Positions 12,746-26,229 of a stretch of 64,000 nucleotides of DNA are shown here, in pieces. A program made the translations under genes and the position numbers. A model generated the notes under the pieces. That model worked only from the letters and a program-made list of their open reading frames with translations. It was not told the DNA's origin and did no database searches. Every line of letters starts with the position of its first letter. Position 1 is the first letter of the stretch. The DNA lies in the NCBI GenBank assembly GCA_951406725.2, contig OX597818.1:4774001-4838000 (forward strand), written 5' to 3'. This DNA comes from Octopus vulgaris (lineage: Eukaryota).

Positions 12746-14058
12746 TATATATATATATATATATATATATACATACATATTTTCATATGTATATGTGTGC
12801 ACGTGCGCGCGCGCATCTCTTATGTGTGTATGCACTTCATTTAATAAAGACAAAAATCTGCATTAAAAAATATGTAACTCCGGAAAACTATATTTTGCTG
12901 AATGAGTTTTCAAGGTAATCTAATTTTCTCTTTTCATTATCCTTAAGAACAAGTGCTCTTGTGTTTTTATTTGATGGTCTTTGAATGTGATTCGTAATCC
13001 AAAACCAAGGTAGCGATTCTCTTGGCAAATACATTTCTTACTAATCACTCTAATACAGAAAGATCAATACTTATAAGAAATACAACAAAATTTCTGATAT
13101 AATAATATGCAGAAATTTTGTCTGGTCGAAATTTAAAATAGGTAATGTGTTGAAATTTAAAGTTACACGGGTGAGAATTTACTTAATGGTTCTTCAAATA
13201 TTTCTCCAAATCACACACACTTGTTATTGAATGTTGCGTTTAGTCTAAATTTTCTCAAAGAGGACTAATTTATATCAAAATGTTTAGAAAATAACAATGT
13301 ATCAGCAGAAAGCAGTTTTCCAGGTCAAAGAAAGAGAAGAATCAAAACGTAGTTTCTGGTCTGATTCCATTTATTAAATTCTCATTATATTCGTGAATCT
13401 CTATCAAACGGTGTTTCTCATCGAAATTTCAATTTATGATTTAACGGTGTAATGAAATGCCGTATCAGCTTAGAACGCTCGGTTTATACTTAAAATTTGT
13501 TAATTAAACATCAGAGGCATAATATTATTTTGAAATATACTCATGAAATTTATATTCCGTTTTGGAATATGCAACAAAATTATTGCAAAAAAGAAAAAAA
13601 ATTGAAGATAACGAATTTAAAATTTGTTCAGCTTAGATTTAATGGTGCTTTGTGTGTCTACGTAAAGGCACATGAACTTCTTATGAACATCCATTACGTT
13701 TTCATTTACTTTCATATATTTTTTTTGTGCATCAATAGGTTAACTAATTTCATCCTGAATGACAACACAGAAAGTGAAACGAAATATGCTGAAACTACCA
13801 TTTACAGACTTATATCTGGAATGGATTTCTAAAATTTAACAAGGTTACAATCGTAACTTGATGTTTAGCATGTATCATGTCGTATGAGATAAAAAAAATG
13901 TGCGATAATACACAAAGTAACTGAATTCCTTATATACACAAACATCATATACATATCTGAACATGAGCTCCCCCCCACACACACACACGAAAGCACACAT
14001 ACATATCAGGTATTTCATGGATATATGTGCAGTGCCATATATATATATATATATATAA

Positions 14059-14934
14059 AATTTATAAAAATATGGTAAAGTAAAAAAATTCACTTTACCA
14101 CACACCGAACTTTTCAGAAATAGCAGCCAAAAATTTGGCTATTTCTTCAACTGCAAATAAAAGTCTCCAGACAATGCATACTCAGAAAATAACTCACATA
14201 GGTATAAGGGAAAAACAATGAAAGATCACATCCATATACGATACCCGAGGACAGTCTGTTTCTGGATTTGTGGGTAAAACGCCACTTTTCCTTCATCAGC
14301 TCAGAGATTTCTTCTGATTTAGATTTGAAAATACTAAGAATCAAACATACCCGTCCGATATCTGTAACATCGGACAAACCATGCCAGACACCCAGTACTA
14401 GCGAATCCAAAAATACGAATGAGATCTATTATTCTCCCTGTCCACCCACGTGAGTCATAGAGCATTACATTTCTACAGAGGTAAAAACTGCAGTTCAAAT
14501 TCTTGGAGAGAAAGCATTATATTGTCATCAAAAAAAAGGGGTAGAATTAATTAATTGTTATTAAATTCGACCAAGCAGTATTCGGTATGTAAAGACCGTT
14601 TACGGTATATTTGAAGTATTAATTTATAAAAAATCCAGAAACAGACTGTCCTCGGGTATCGTATATGGATGTGATCTTTCATTGTTTTTCCCTTATACCT
14701 ATGTGAGTTATTTTCTGAGTATGCATTGTCTGGAGACTTTTATTTGCAGTTGAAGAAATAGCCAAATTTTTGGCTGCTATTTCTGAAAAGTTCGGTGTGA
14801 GGTAAAGTGAATTTTTTTACTTTACCATATTTTTATAAATTAATACTTCAAATATACCGTAAACGGTCTTTACATACCGAATACTGCTTGGTCGAATTTA
14901 TTAACAATTAATTAATTCTACCCCTTTTTTGATG

Positions 14935-14940
<6 letters not shown>
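14059..14940. mobile_element. Penelope pLTR/retrozyme-like element with A-X-B-A'-B' inverted structure, in (TA)n
   Basis: 14059-14269 is inverted at 14631-14841 and 14518-14632 is inverted at 14830-14940. Contains a hammerhead motif. Confidence 0.75.
14244..14305 (-). ncRNA. Type I hammerhead ribozyme motif
   Basis: TCTGAG-CTGATGA-a-GGA aaa GTGG(cgttttac)CCAC aaa TCC-a-GAAA-CAG(a)CTG-TC-CTCGGG. GUC cleavage site, near-palindromic stem III, A.A mismatch at 10.1/11.1. Confidence 0.7.
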
Positions 14941-15022
<82 letters not shown>

Positions 15023-15142
15023 TGAGGGTATTACTATTCATAGATACCGCACGCTAAGAGGGACCAATGCGGTCAAAACTACTAAAATAAACAAAATTTT
15101 AACGAATGCAAAACTTCAATTTGTCATTAAAAAAAGAATTTA

Positions 15143-15206
15143 GTTACATATCACCTGTGATTTCGCAATTAATGCAGAATATGCATTCTATGTTCATCAG
15201 TGCAAC
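15143..15206 (-). ncRNA. Type I hammerhead ribozyme motif (left arm)
   Basis: Exact reverse complement of 15387-15450. Confidence 0.75.
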
Positions 15207-15386
15207 AAACTCAAGACATATAAGAAAAAAACATAACGTTACAAACCCGATAGCCAACCGTAGAATTCGTCGTAGCATGTTTATCTTTACATATGTAAAG
15301 ATAAACATTCGTACATGCTACGACGAATTCTACGGTTGGCTATCGGGTTTGTAACGTTATGTTTTTTTCTTATATGTCTTGAGTTT

Positions 15387-15450
15387 GTTGCACTGATGAA
15401 CATAGAATGCATATTCTGCATTAATTGCGAAATCACAGGTGATATGTAAC
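15387..15450 (+). ncRNA. Type I hammerhead ribozyme motif (right arm)
   Basis: GTTGCA-CTGATGA-aCA..ATGCA(tattc)TGCAT..TGc-GAAA-TCA(cagg)TGA-TA-TGTAAC. 6-bp stem I, AUA cleavage triplet. Confidence 0.75.
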
Positions 15451-15685
15451 TAAATTCTTTTTTTTTAAATGACTTGCTTTGAAGTTTTGCATTCGGTAAA
15501 ATTTTGCTTATTTTAGTAGTTTTGACCGCATTGGTCCCTCTTAGCGTGCGGTATCTATGAATAGTAGTACCCTCAATATAATATAAATAAATATTTTCAA
15601 AGTGGAAAAATTTACGGATTTTTTCTCTTACGAGGTTTTTCACGCTAACTACTGATAATTTCTTATAAAATTTTATCCTCAATTG

Positions 15686-15801
<116 letters not shown>

Positions 15802-15821
15802 TACATATATATACATACATA

Positions 15822-15863
<42 letters not shown>

Positions 15864-15889
15864 TAAATATATATATACAGTACATATAT

Positions 15890-16290
15890 ATATATGTATA
15901 CTCCACAAAATCTGTATAGGTTATCCAATTGGCTGCTTTTACTGCATCTCTGTCCCTTTTGTGCATCCGGTTGATAGTTTCTGTCCCTGGATTGCAAACG
16001 CATACCCTTCAAAGTGGGAGTTAGTAATCCGGTTGTTAGTCCATGATGAGGAATGATACTATTATCCTAGAGCTTTCTACTGACATATTTATGCATGGTC
16101 TTCTGAGCGCTGATATGCGCTCATCCTTTCATCTGATGATACATTGCGATAGAGTCATGCGACTTCTTTGGGCATGTATTTAAGGTTATCGGACAAAGAA
16201 TGCTGCTCAAGACGTTGCTTTCTAAGTCTCAATGTGTTATCAGCATCATGTATGCAACTTGGACAAGGGATGCACTTCGACACTTCATGG
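15890..16290 (-). mobile_element. Degenerate R4-like LINE fragment (related to 18750-21400)
   Basis: [12 protein letters not shown]...YRFCGV remnant, similar to HFESYALAIQEQ at ~19280. Confidence 0.55.
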
Positions 16291-17220
16291 TTAAAAGATG
16301 TTGCTGAAGGGATATGATACGACATATATAGACATTTGAGAAATCAAAATGCCTAGTATGCATTCCATATACATGTATATATATAAGCAGTCAACTACCC
16401 TAGTCGTTACCACTCCCAATGTAGGATTCCTCACCATCCAGGTGACAGGCACAGCCGTAAGATGCATTACGAATCTATAGCAATTGGAAGGTCGTGACCC
16501 AACTGAAATAAACATTAACAACTGTGTGACTTGAGGGCTAAGGTGAAATGAAAGTGTCACATCGGAGTTTGCAAATGACCACTATACTGATATGTAACTG
16601 GACAGAATAAATTTACAATCTATAAATGTCTTTGAATAACCAGTCATTCATGTGGGAAGGCCTTGAAATCAATGTTACCATCTGGGGACTATGTGTGACC
16701 CAGTGATAATAAAATGACTGAAAGGAGGTCTGCAATGAAATAACTTTACTCCACACTTTGCAACTGAATCAGTGGAGGCAGAGATGCCTCTCATTTACTT
16801 GACAATTTATGCATCACATTGTAGAAATCACAATGTAAGTGTATGTCAAAGCAAAGTGTTACACTGTTGTACCATTGAATTACAAATAATGCACATCTTT
16901 TATGCTTGGGTAACCCTACAGCTTCCAACAGTACAACTGTATTCGTCTTTGCTTAGATAAAATGACAAAATTGTAGGTGTTAAGTCCCCATGGAGGGGTT
17001 TTTCTAACTTATAAGAAAATGAAATTTTATAAATATTACTTCATTTGTGTCAAATATTTGTGATTAAAATTTCATCAACAGCAAAAATATATGAATTGTC
17101 ATGGCCCTTATGCATAGAATAATTTCCAAATTTCATAAAGATCCATTCTGTACTTTTGACCTAGTTTTGGATCATAAAAGAAATGACTAAAATTTGGGAG
17201 TTAAGGCCCCCATTAAGGTG

Positions 17221-17261
<41 letters not shown>

Positions 17262-17299
17262 GTAGATAGATAGATATAAATATAGATATATATATACAC

Positions 17300-17711
17300 A
17301 CACACATATATACAAAGATAAATTGATAGATACAACTGAGTGGGCAAACAAAAATATGAGCCTAGTGCTTCTTTTTATGTTGATAAGCCTGGTACTTATT
17401 CCATGAGTTTGTTCTTGTGAAACCAGTAAGTTATGGGGATGTAAATAAATGTGAAGCAGTGATGAGGGCGAAACACAGAGACAAAGACACACACACACAT
17501 ACACTTACATATATACATACATATATGCAATTGATTTCTTTCAGTTTCTATCTACAAAATCCACTGACAGGGCTTTAGTTGGTCTGAGGCTATAGCAGAA
17601 GACACATGCCAAGTTACCACACAATCGGACTGAACTGAGGACCATGTGCTTTGGAACTAAGTTTGTTACCACACAGCCACACCTGCACCTATGTACGTGT
17701 GTATGGGTATG

Positions 17712-17745
<34 letters not shown>

Positions 17746-18130
17746 GATACATTGATAGATACAACTGAGTGGGAAAAGAAAAATATGAGACACTTCCTAG
17801 TTTTTTTTTTATTTTGATAAGCCTGGTACTTATTCTATCAGTTTCTTCTTGTGAAACCAGTAAGTTATGGGGATGTAAATAAGCGAACACCAGTTGTGAA
17901 GCAGTGATGAGGGAGAAACACAAAGACACACCCATAGACTTACATATATACATACATATACATACAATTGATTTCTTTTAGTTTCTGTTTACAAAATCCA
18001 CTGACAAGGCTTTGATTGGACTGAGGCTATAGCAGAAGACACATGCCAAGTTACCACACAGTGGGACTGAACTGAGGACCATGTGTTTTGGAACCAAGTT
18101 TGTTACCACATAGCCATATCTGCACCTATG
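17300..18130 (-). repeat. Tandem duplication (~425-bp unit) of a degenerate S1 SINE plus flank
   Basis: ATTGATAGATACAACTGAGTGGG at 17322 and 17751. Both SINE copies share diagnostic changes such as GACACATGCCAAGTTACCACACA. Confidence 0.8.
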
Positions 18131-18434
18131 TATGCGTGTGTGGGTAGGTGGGTGTGTATGTGTGTATGGGTGTATATATGTATGCATGTATATATGTGTA
18201 TATATATATGTGTACATATTACCTGTGCATCTTTATATATATACATCTACACATACATGTATACATATACATCTATATATATATACATATCTATATATAT
18301 ATATAAGAAGGGTGAGAAATTGAATATTAATTTGATTAATATGAATTGAAAACCAGTGGTGTAGCATATAAGACCATAGCAGATCTTCTTCTAGCGAAAT
18401 GGATGTCCACAGTTAATGGTTCATCTCTCTTATA

Positions 18435-18694
18435 TATTAGTTTGACTTTAATAGTTTCAGTATTAAAGTGAAAGTATCTGACATTATAATGTTTTTCTTT
18501 CACTTTTGACACGTAATACTGAAATAGTGGAGAAGATATGATATTGTTGGGGGCTCGCCCTAGGCAAGAAGTTAAAATTTTCTTTTGCCCATGACACTAC
18601 ATAGACCCTAAGTAAGGCATGTGTAAAATTTGAATGAAATTGGTTGTGTAGTTCTCAAGTTTTAAGGATTCACACAGACAGACACACATTCTCA

Positions 18695-18700
<6 letters not shown>
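18435..18700 (+). mobile_element. Possible Helitron/Helentron-associated non-autonomous element end
   Basis: TGTAAAATTTGAATGAAATTGGTTGTGTAGTT...ACAGACAGACA..TTTTATATATA terminal pattern, judged by resemblance only. Confidence 0.35.
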
Positions 18701-18739
<39 letters not shown>

Positions 18740-18749
18740 GTCTCTTTAT

Positions 18750-21400
18750 TTTTTAATTATTATAAATCACAGTTAACACAGACAAATTCATATTTGGAAC
18801 TTCAGTAAAGGCTTGCATGTTTTTACTGTTACACTCATAGATTGCACTTGTAAGAATTAGCCGGTCTGTTTTCTATTTCAGAAAAAAACGCAGTTTATCC
18901 AGATTCTTCATTGAACATTTACTAACAAAACCTAGGGCTTCAATTATTATTGGTATGAACATGAATTCATAGTCTGAATATAGAAGCTGGATGTTTCGAA
19001 GAAGTTGTTCCATCAGTATTCCTTGAGTTGGTGTTTCTGTATTCCATAACAGAAGAATTTTCTAAGTTTATATCAGGACCTCTTTTTTTTGCGGATGGCA
19101 TTGTAAATTGCCGCATAGGGAGGTAATACCGTGAAGACATTTTAGGACAGCTGCTAATCACATGCGTGATGTCTTTCACAGAAACATGACATACATGAAG
19201 TTGCACCTTGAGAGTACAAGAACGTCACTGTCTCTATGGTTTATCAGGCACTTAATGGCAATCTTCTGTTCCTGGATTGCAAGCGCATAGCTTTCAAAGT
19301 GTAATGTGATGTAGTGGTCTCTTCAAGCTTCCGGGCAACATACCCATGCATAGTCCTTTTTTTTGTATGCTGAGTGGTTTCCATCCAGGTCTTCTCTAAG
19401 GTAAGAGATCCCAGCTATTTTGGGGCTGTGTAGGAGATCATCAGGAAGAGAGTGCTTCTGGAGAAGCTCACTGCTAACTCGTATATTGTTGCTCACTCCA
19501 CTTTTCAGCACTGCATTTATATATTTATTTTTGCTGCTGTTGTTTAGCAGGTGCTGTCTGATTGATAACCATACAGCATTCAAAGGCCATCTGATCTCAG
19601 GCACTCTACTGATCTCAGGCCTCTACCACCTTCATTTCTTCTTAGGTAGAGCCTATCAATATCACTATTTCTGTGGAGGTTCCCAGTTGTCAGGATTTTA
19701 CGGGTTTTGATAAATATGAAGTTGATTACCTCTACACACCAATCAAGTATCCCAAATGTTGGGATCAGCACTAGTACAGCAAATGCATTGGGGGATATTG
19801 TTTTGTTGTAAGAGGAGAGTTCCGACTGCTATATTTACCTAAGTCTGGTGTAATATTCTCAGGTCACTTTATTTTTATTCACAGTGCCTTCACTTGTAAC
19901 ATTTTTTTGTGTGGAATAAGGGAGATAGAGAGACCGTTGATGCACAGGTTTTGGGTTTGGGAGACTGACTTTCCCCGTTCTATAACCAAAAATGAACATT
20001 TCCTTTGGCCAAATTCTATGCTGAAAATGTTAATTCCAGTTATTTTTGGCATTGTTAACACTTTAAGCATAAATCTTCAGGTCGTCTACAAAGACATTAT
20101 GAGTTACATTGATATTTTTAGCAGTTAAAGATCCTAGCATGTAACCATTTGTTTTCTGCAGTAGGAACAATAATGGATTCAGTGTCAAATGAAAAGAAGT
20201 ACAGAAAGACTATCTCCCAGAAATATTCCCTTTGAATCAAATATCAGAAACAATTATCTTCTCAGTTGTAAGGGTTAAAATGGTTGTCCATGTCTTTGTG
20301 AGTCTCTCTATAGCAGGAGTTAAGGTAGTAGGTACTTTTGTCGGATGTAGGCATGTCAACAGCTATGGATGAGGGATAGAATCGAATGCCTTCCCATAAT
20401 CAAACCATAGTGTCACATGGTTTTTACGTTGTTTTCTTACTTAAGACTGTACAACTTTGTTTATTAAAAGCTGTTCTGCGCAACCCCACACTCCCTTCTT
20501 TCCACCAGCCTGTTCAACAGTCAATTTTGTTCGACTCACAATAGTCCTGGAGGAATTGGTCGAGACAACTTGCATACAGTTTATACATAATGTTTAGGCA
20601 AGCAATGGGCCTGTAGCTTCCGGTGATTTCATTTTTGACAAGATTTGCCCTTGCTGTAGCAAGCCAATTTGGTATATCAGTCTGACCTTCCATAGTCCTT
20701 TTGAACATACATATCAATTGATTTCTATAAAATGTCAGCTTCTTGTACCAATATCCAATTATTAGGTCCCATTGTTGATGTTTTCTTCAAGTTTTGTTTT
20801 CCATCTAGGTTGTTTCCGTTTAGTAATTTCGTTACTTTGTTTACTGTAGATTTCTCCTAGGTGTTCTTTAAGCATAATAGCAGCTGTGGATATAAGGATA
20901 TTCATATTCCAGTAATTAACATTACATGATTCCATATGCTCTCCAGTGACATCGTTGATAACTATAAACATTAGATCGGTCGGATTTTTTATCACTCTTG
21001 TTGGGAATGGTCTGTTACTATACGAAAGCTTCGAGAAAGTAGCAAAATTTTTTTCGAACTGTAATTTTAAAATGTTTTTGAGTTGGATGCATTCCGCAGT
21101 CTTCGCTACTGAGTCAGCTGAATTTGGAGACACTCGAATTTAGTGATGACGGGAGCGGTGGTTTGTTTACATTATTTTTTTACGCCGCCTCTAGCAGATT
21201 TTGGTCCATTCTCAGTGTTAGTTTCAGACATAATCGTATTTGCGAGATTCCACGTGGTGTAGATGTACATTAAAAATTTTTTTCAGTATAATGCTACGTT
21301 GGTGAGTAAAAAGTGTTTCTCTTATTAATTACTATTGGAGAAATAAACCAGTTACCGATTTAAGCTGGAGAAGTCGGCATATTTCTAGAGGAAGGCGTTC
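18750..21400 (-). mobile_element. Old degenerate R4-clade RLE LINE (family E)
   Basis: YRPIACLNIMYKLY (20610), WFDYGKAFDSI (20400), GIFLGDSLS, HRNSDIDRLYLRRNEGGRGL (19650), DITHVISSCPKMSSRYYLPMR (19150). Confidence 0.8.
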
Positions 21401-21458
21401 AAAACGGACTTTTTAAACGGTTCTCTTCATCGGCACGTCCGATGTTGACGGTACTCTT

Positions 21459-21615
21459 ATGTATGTATGTATGTATGTATGTATGTATGTATGTATGTAT
21501 GTATGTATGTATGTATGTATGTATGTATGTATGTATGTATGTATGTATGTATGTATGTATGTATGTATGCATGCATGCATGTATGTATGTATGTATATAT
21601 GTATGTATGTATGTA
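21459..21615. repeat. (TATG)n microsatellite
   Basis: Seen directly. Confidence 0.95.
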
Positions 21616-22298
21616 CGTGTATATTTATATATATTGCCGTGTCTAGTGAGAATCATTACGCCAATAGTAGTAACATACGCACGCGTTCAATTCCACTCCT
21701 TTATTATTAGTCAATTGGTTAAATTAATTGATCGTTAGTTTAACTTGCTAATTACTGGTTTGTTTCGTTTTTGTTTGTCGCCAAAGTATTTTCATTGTCA
21801 TTTGCAACCTTTTCAGTGACATATTTCTTAGCCTGTTACGCTGATCTCGTTTGTCTGTCTGAGACCTTATCGCTTGAGGTGTGTGTATGTGTGTGTGTTA
21901 TTGTGTGTTTTCTTGCTTCCGTGTGTGTGTGTGTGTGTATGCGTGCCTGTATGCGCGTGTTTCTTTTGCATTTAATCATTTAAATTATTCCTCTGAAAGA
22001 GCTAGTTTCTAACAAAGATACAAAGCTCTATCTTTGGAATGTAGATAAAGAAAACAATATCACATTTTAAACCCGAGAAAAGTCTTGCATAGTTTTACTG
22101 TTTCACTAACAGACTGTACTTGTAATGTGCGAATCAGTTGGTTGATTTCTTTTTCAGAAATGTATGTATGTATGTATGTATGTATGTATGTATGTATGTA
22201 TGTATGTATGTATGTATGTATGTATGTATGTATGTGTGTGTGTTCTACTGCATGTGGGTGTATTCCTGTGTCTGTGTGTGCGTGCCTACGTTACAGCT

Positions 22299-22364
<66 letters not shown>

Positions 22365-22369
<5 letters not shown>

Positions 22370-22850
22370 GGAAATAATATATAAATATATGCATATATAC
22401 ATAGATATATGTATGCATATATGGGTACAGGACATAAAAAAAAACGTTGAAAACAATGAGAAACGAAAACATAAAAACAAAAACATAGAAACGAACTTTT
22501 TTTGGGACAACGAAAAAAACAAACAGAGAAACGAGACATACAACAAAGAACTGTCCCCTTCTCTAGTTGTCCCTGTTTCAACTACTCCACGATTCGAAGA
22601 AGTCGCGTCTTGTCCTTGCCTTTGAACGTGGAGTAGTTGAAACAGGTACAACTGAAGAAGGAGACTATTCTTTATGTTGTATGTCTCGTTTCTCTGTTTT
22701 TTCGTTGTCCGAAAAAAAGATCGTTTCTATGTTTTCGCTTCTCATTGTATTCAACGTTTTTTTATGCCCTGTACCCATATAGGCATGTATATATGCATAT
22801 ATTTATATATTATTTGTATTATTATATGATCGAACGTCACGCATCCTTTT
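22365..22850. mobile_element. Imperfect ~460-bp palindromic element in (TA)n, Penelope pLTR-like
   Basis: 22365-22595 is the reverse complement of 22620-22825 (e.g. TTTCAACTACTCCACG / CGTGGAGTAGTTGAAA), followed by a short unique tail. Confidence 0.65.
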
Positions 22851-22854
22851 CCAT

Positions 22855-22909
<55 letters not shown>

Positions 22910-22930
22910 GTATGTATATATAAATTAATA

Positions 22931-23310
22931 TAAACAACTAGGTACAATGTAATACCATAAAGGAAAATATTTTATCACCACTAAGTGTGACTAAGGATAC
23001 TGAAGCACCTACATTGCTAGAAATAAGAGTTAAAAGCTCTTAATGCTGTAAGAAGACCGTAATATTTATACACTGACAGGGGATGTAACCGCCCCATGTC
23101 CATCCCTAGAATCACTAGACTGGGCCTGGTGTCTCCTAATGTAGGTATCGTCAATGGTAACTACTGAAACGGTCGATGGATTGGCTAATTCCGTCTGCCA
23201 GTATATATATTTTCACCATAAAAATTATGGCTGATTTAGCAAAATGATAATGCGTACACTAAACAACTAGGCGCAATGCAATACCACAAAGGAAAAATTT
23301 AATCGTCATA
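22931..23310 (+). repeat. ~330-bp unit with ~45-bp terminal direct repeat
   Basis: TAAACAACTAGGyrCAATGyAATACCAyAAAGGAAAA at 22931 and 23259, with nested internal inverted repeats. Confidence 0.65.
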
Positions 23311-23316
23311 TTAATT

Positions 23317-23319
<3 letters not shown>

Positions 23320-23415
<96 letters not shown>

Positions 23416-23537
23416 ACTATATGTCTGTCTGTTTGTCTGTCTGTCTATCTATCAATATACCTACCTACCTACCTACCTACCTACCTACCTACCTACCTAC
23501 CTACCTACCTACCTACTACCTACCTACGTACGTATGC

Positions 23538-23570
<33 letters not shown>

Positions 23571-23627
23571 TGTATGTATGTACGTGCGTTCGTACATAGG
23601 TATGTATGCATGTATCTGTCTATCTAT

Positions 23628-23671
<44 letters not shown>

Positions 23672-23745
23672 TTATCTATCTATCTATCTGTCTGTCTGTT
23701 TGTCTGTCTATCTGTCTGTCTGTTTGTCTATCTATCTATCCATAT
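23320..23745. repeat. Compound (ATCT)n/(ACCT)n/(TATG)n microsatellite
   Basis: Seen directly. Confidence 0.95.
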
Positions 23746-23759
23746 ATCCACAACAACTC

Positions 23760-25570
23760 CACCACAACACATTAAAATCATACACATAACAGAACATACA
23801 CAACACATTGAAATCACTCTACCCGGATGCAGTAAGGAGATTTCAAAAATACCTCTCTAAAATCTATACAAAAACATTCTGGGAGAAGACTGAGGTGAAG
23901 GACAAACAACTTTCGGACAGTAACTAACTCTCTCTCCCCCTTTCTCTTTCGTTTCCCTTTCGTGTGTGAAACACAACTTTAGATAGGAACATGCTCAAAA
24001 TAGGCAGTATAAATGTACGTGGCTTGGGATCGCCTTGCAAACAAGGCTACCTGTTAAACAAAATCTGCATATCATGACCATCAGCGAGACAAGACTCGAC
24101 AGCCCACGGGCCCTCCAGCACATGTTCGGCAGACCTTTCGACATTTATTTTTCTCCGCGCCTGCCGAGAATGGGCGGAGGAGGCACCGCGGTGCATCTTC
24201 GGAAGAGTCTGGACCTCTAAGTAAGAACAATTTTCCTAGACCTGGAGGGAAGTCTGGTCGTCTTGGATGTCGATGGAAGAAGAATTGGGACGAAATAACG
24301 ACTTGGGTGGTCATTCTCACCCCGCAATGGGCCGTGAGGAAACTATCCCTAATAGGTCGGGCGGAGGTGGCGAACGCGTACATTGCATCCGTCATCGATT
24401 ACCGTCTGACCGTCGTGCCATGTCCCGACCCTACCATCACCAAACTGGAACGCATATTCTTCCGCTTCTTGTGGAAGGGAAGCGTTCCGATGGTTAGGCG
24501 ATTCCTTTGCTGTCAACACCCGCTGAATGAAGAACCAGGCATGCTGTGGTTGATGATGCGCAGTCATGCGCTGAGACTGCGACATCTCTGGCGCTTCATA
24601 GACGACGGTGATCAGGTGTGACCGCAGCTCGTCTCCTTGGCCGATCTGCAGTCGTGGATCAAACAGAGACTGAGGCTAAGCGAATGGCACCACGAGTGCC
24701 GCGTTGCTCTCAAGCAACTCTGACGTCCGGGACTAAACTTGTGCGACTTCATTACAACAAAGGCGTTCTATAGAGGATTAGTGGAGGGGTGGTGCGACAA
24801 CGTTCTCGGGCAGAATCTGGTTGTCGACGAGGAACACTTGACCCGCCTGTTCAGGACAACTTTCGGGCCGGGACCTATGGACAATCACTAAAGATCCCTG
24901 GCCTAGCAATGCTATTGAGAATCATTACCCGTTCGGGATAAGCTCTACAGGCACGGTTCAAGACACACCGGACCGACTTGCCTGAGATGCGGTCAGAGCG
25001 ACGAAACCGTTCTGCACGCACTCGTGAAATGTCCAACCATTTCGGACCTGTGGGCTTATGTCGACGGCTGCTGTCACCTCAACCGGTAAGGCAGGGCAGT
25101 CTTCATTGTAATGGTGACCGTGGTGAAATAATGTATGTGGTGGACTCGAGCGAAAGGATTAGAGACTAACACTTACAGCTCGTCAACTTTTTCAAGTACC
25201 ACTTGTCACGTGAAAGTTTTGGAAAAAGGTGGGTGAATGTAGCAAAGATGGTGCGTGCGAGTAACGAAACCACTTTGAGCATGATCCTGTTAATCGAAAA
25301 GAGAGAGAAATAGAGAGAGAGAGCACTTTGCTCTCATGTCTCTATTTCCTCCCTGCCTGAGGTTACCGTGGTCTTTTCCGCAGGCATTTATTTCCATGGA
25401 TAAACCTGATCTTACTTTTACATTTTTAAAATTCTTCAGTGATACACTATGCTTTTGATCGGAATTTTACTTGTTTTCTTATTTTCCCCCTTTTTTTCAT
25501 TTTCGAAAAGAAATGCTCTACATTTGTATTTGTCCACTCTGTGTTCAGCCCTGTGTGGCCAATAAAGAGA
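23760..25570 (+). mobile_element. Tx1/L1-like LINE with large internal deletion
   Basis: ORF2 start MLKIGSINVRGLG (23991), ISETRL and LVVLDVD, then a jump to KNWDEIT..RKLSLIGRAEVANAYIAS. CLRCGQSDETVLHALVKC zinc knuckle. AATAAA at 25561. Confidence 0.85.
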
Positions 25571-25672
25571 ACCTCATGCGTTGGCACTTATCACGAAACT
25601 CTATTCGCCATTGAGTCACTCTGTTGCTTCTGCTAAAAATTAGTAAATATATATATATATATATATATATTT

Positions 25673-26083
25673 AGGCGCAGGGGTGGCTGTGTGGTAAGTA
25701 GCCTGCTAACCAACCACATGGTTCCGGGTTCAGTCCCACTGCGTGGCATGTTGGTCAAGTGTCTTCTGCTATAGCCCCGGGCCGACCAATGCCTTGTGAG
25801 TGGATTTGGTAGACGGAAACTGAAAGAAGCCTATCGTATATATGTATATATATATTTATATATATATATGTGTGTGTGTGTTTGTGTGTCTGTGTTTGTC
25901 CCCCTAGCATTGCTTGGCAACCGATGCTGGTGTGTTTACGTCCCCGTCACTTAGCGCTTCGGCAAAAGAAACCGATAGAATAAGTACTGGGCTTACAAAG
26001 AATAAGTCCTGGGGTCGATTTGCTCGACCAAAGTCGGTGGTCCAGCATGGCCGCAGTCAAATGACTGAAACAAGTAAAAGAGT
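25673..26083 (+). mobile_element. tRNA-derived SINE S1, full length
   Basis: Aligns with 9410-9817. Confidence 0.9.
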
Positions 26084-26169
26084 ATATATATATATACTCT
26101 TATATACATATATATATATATATATATACTCATATGTTGAGTTGTATTTTTCCTGTTAGCATCAACAAA

Positions 26170-26229
<60 letters not shown>

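Noticed and set aside
16299-16520. Solo LTR (TG...TATATAA...AATAAA...CA)
   Set aside because: No target-site duplication and no second copy in the window.
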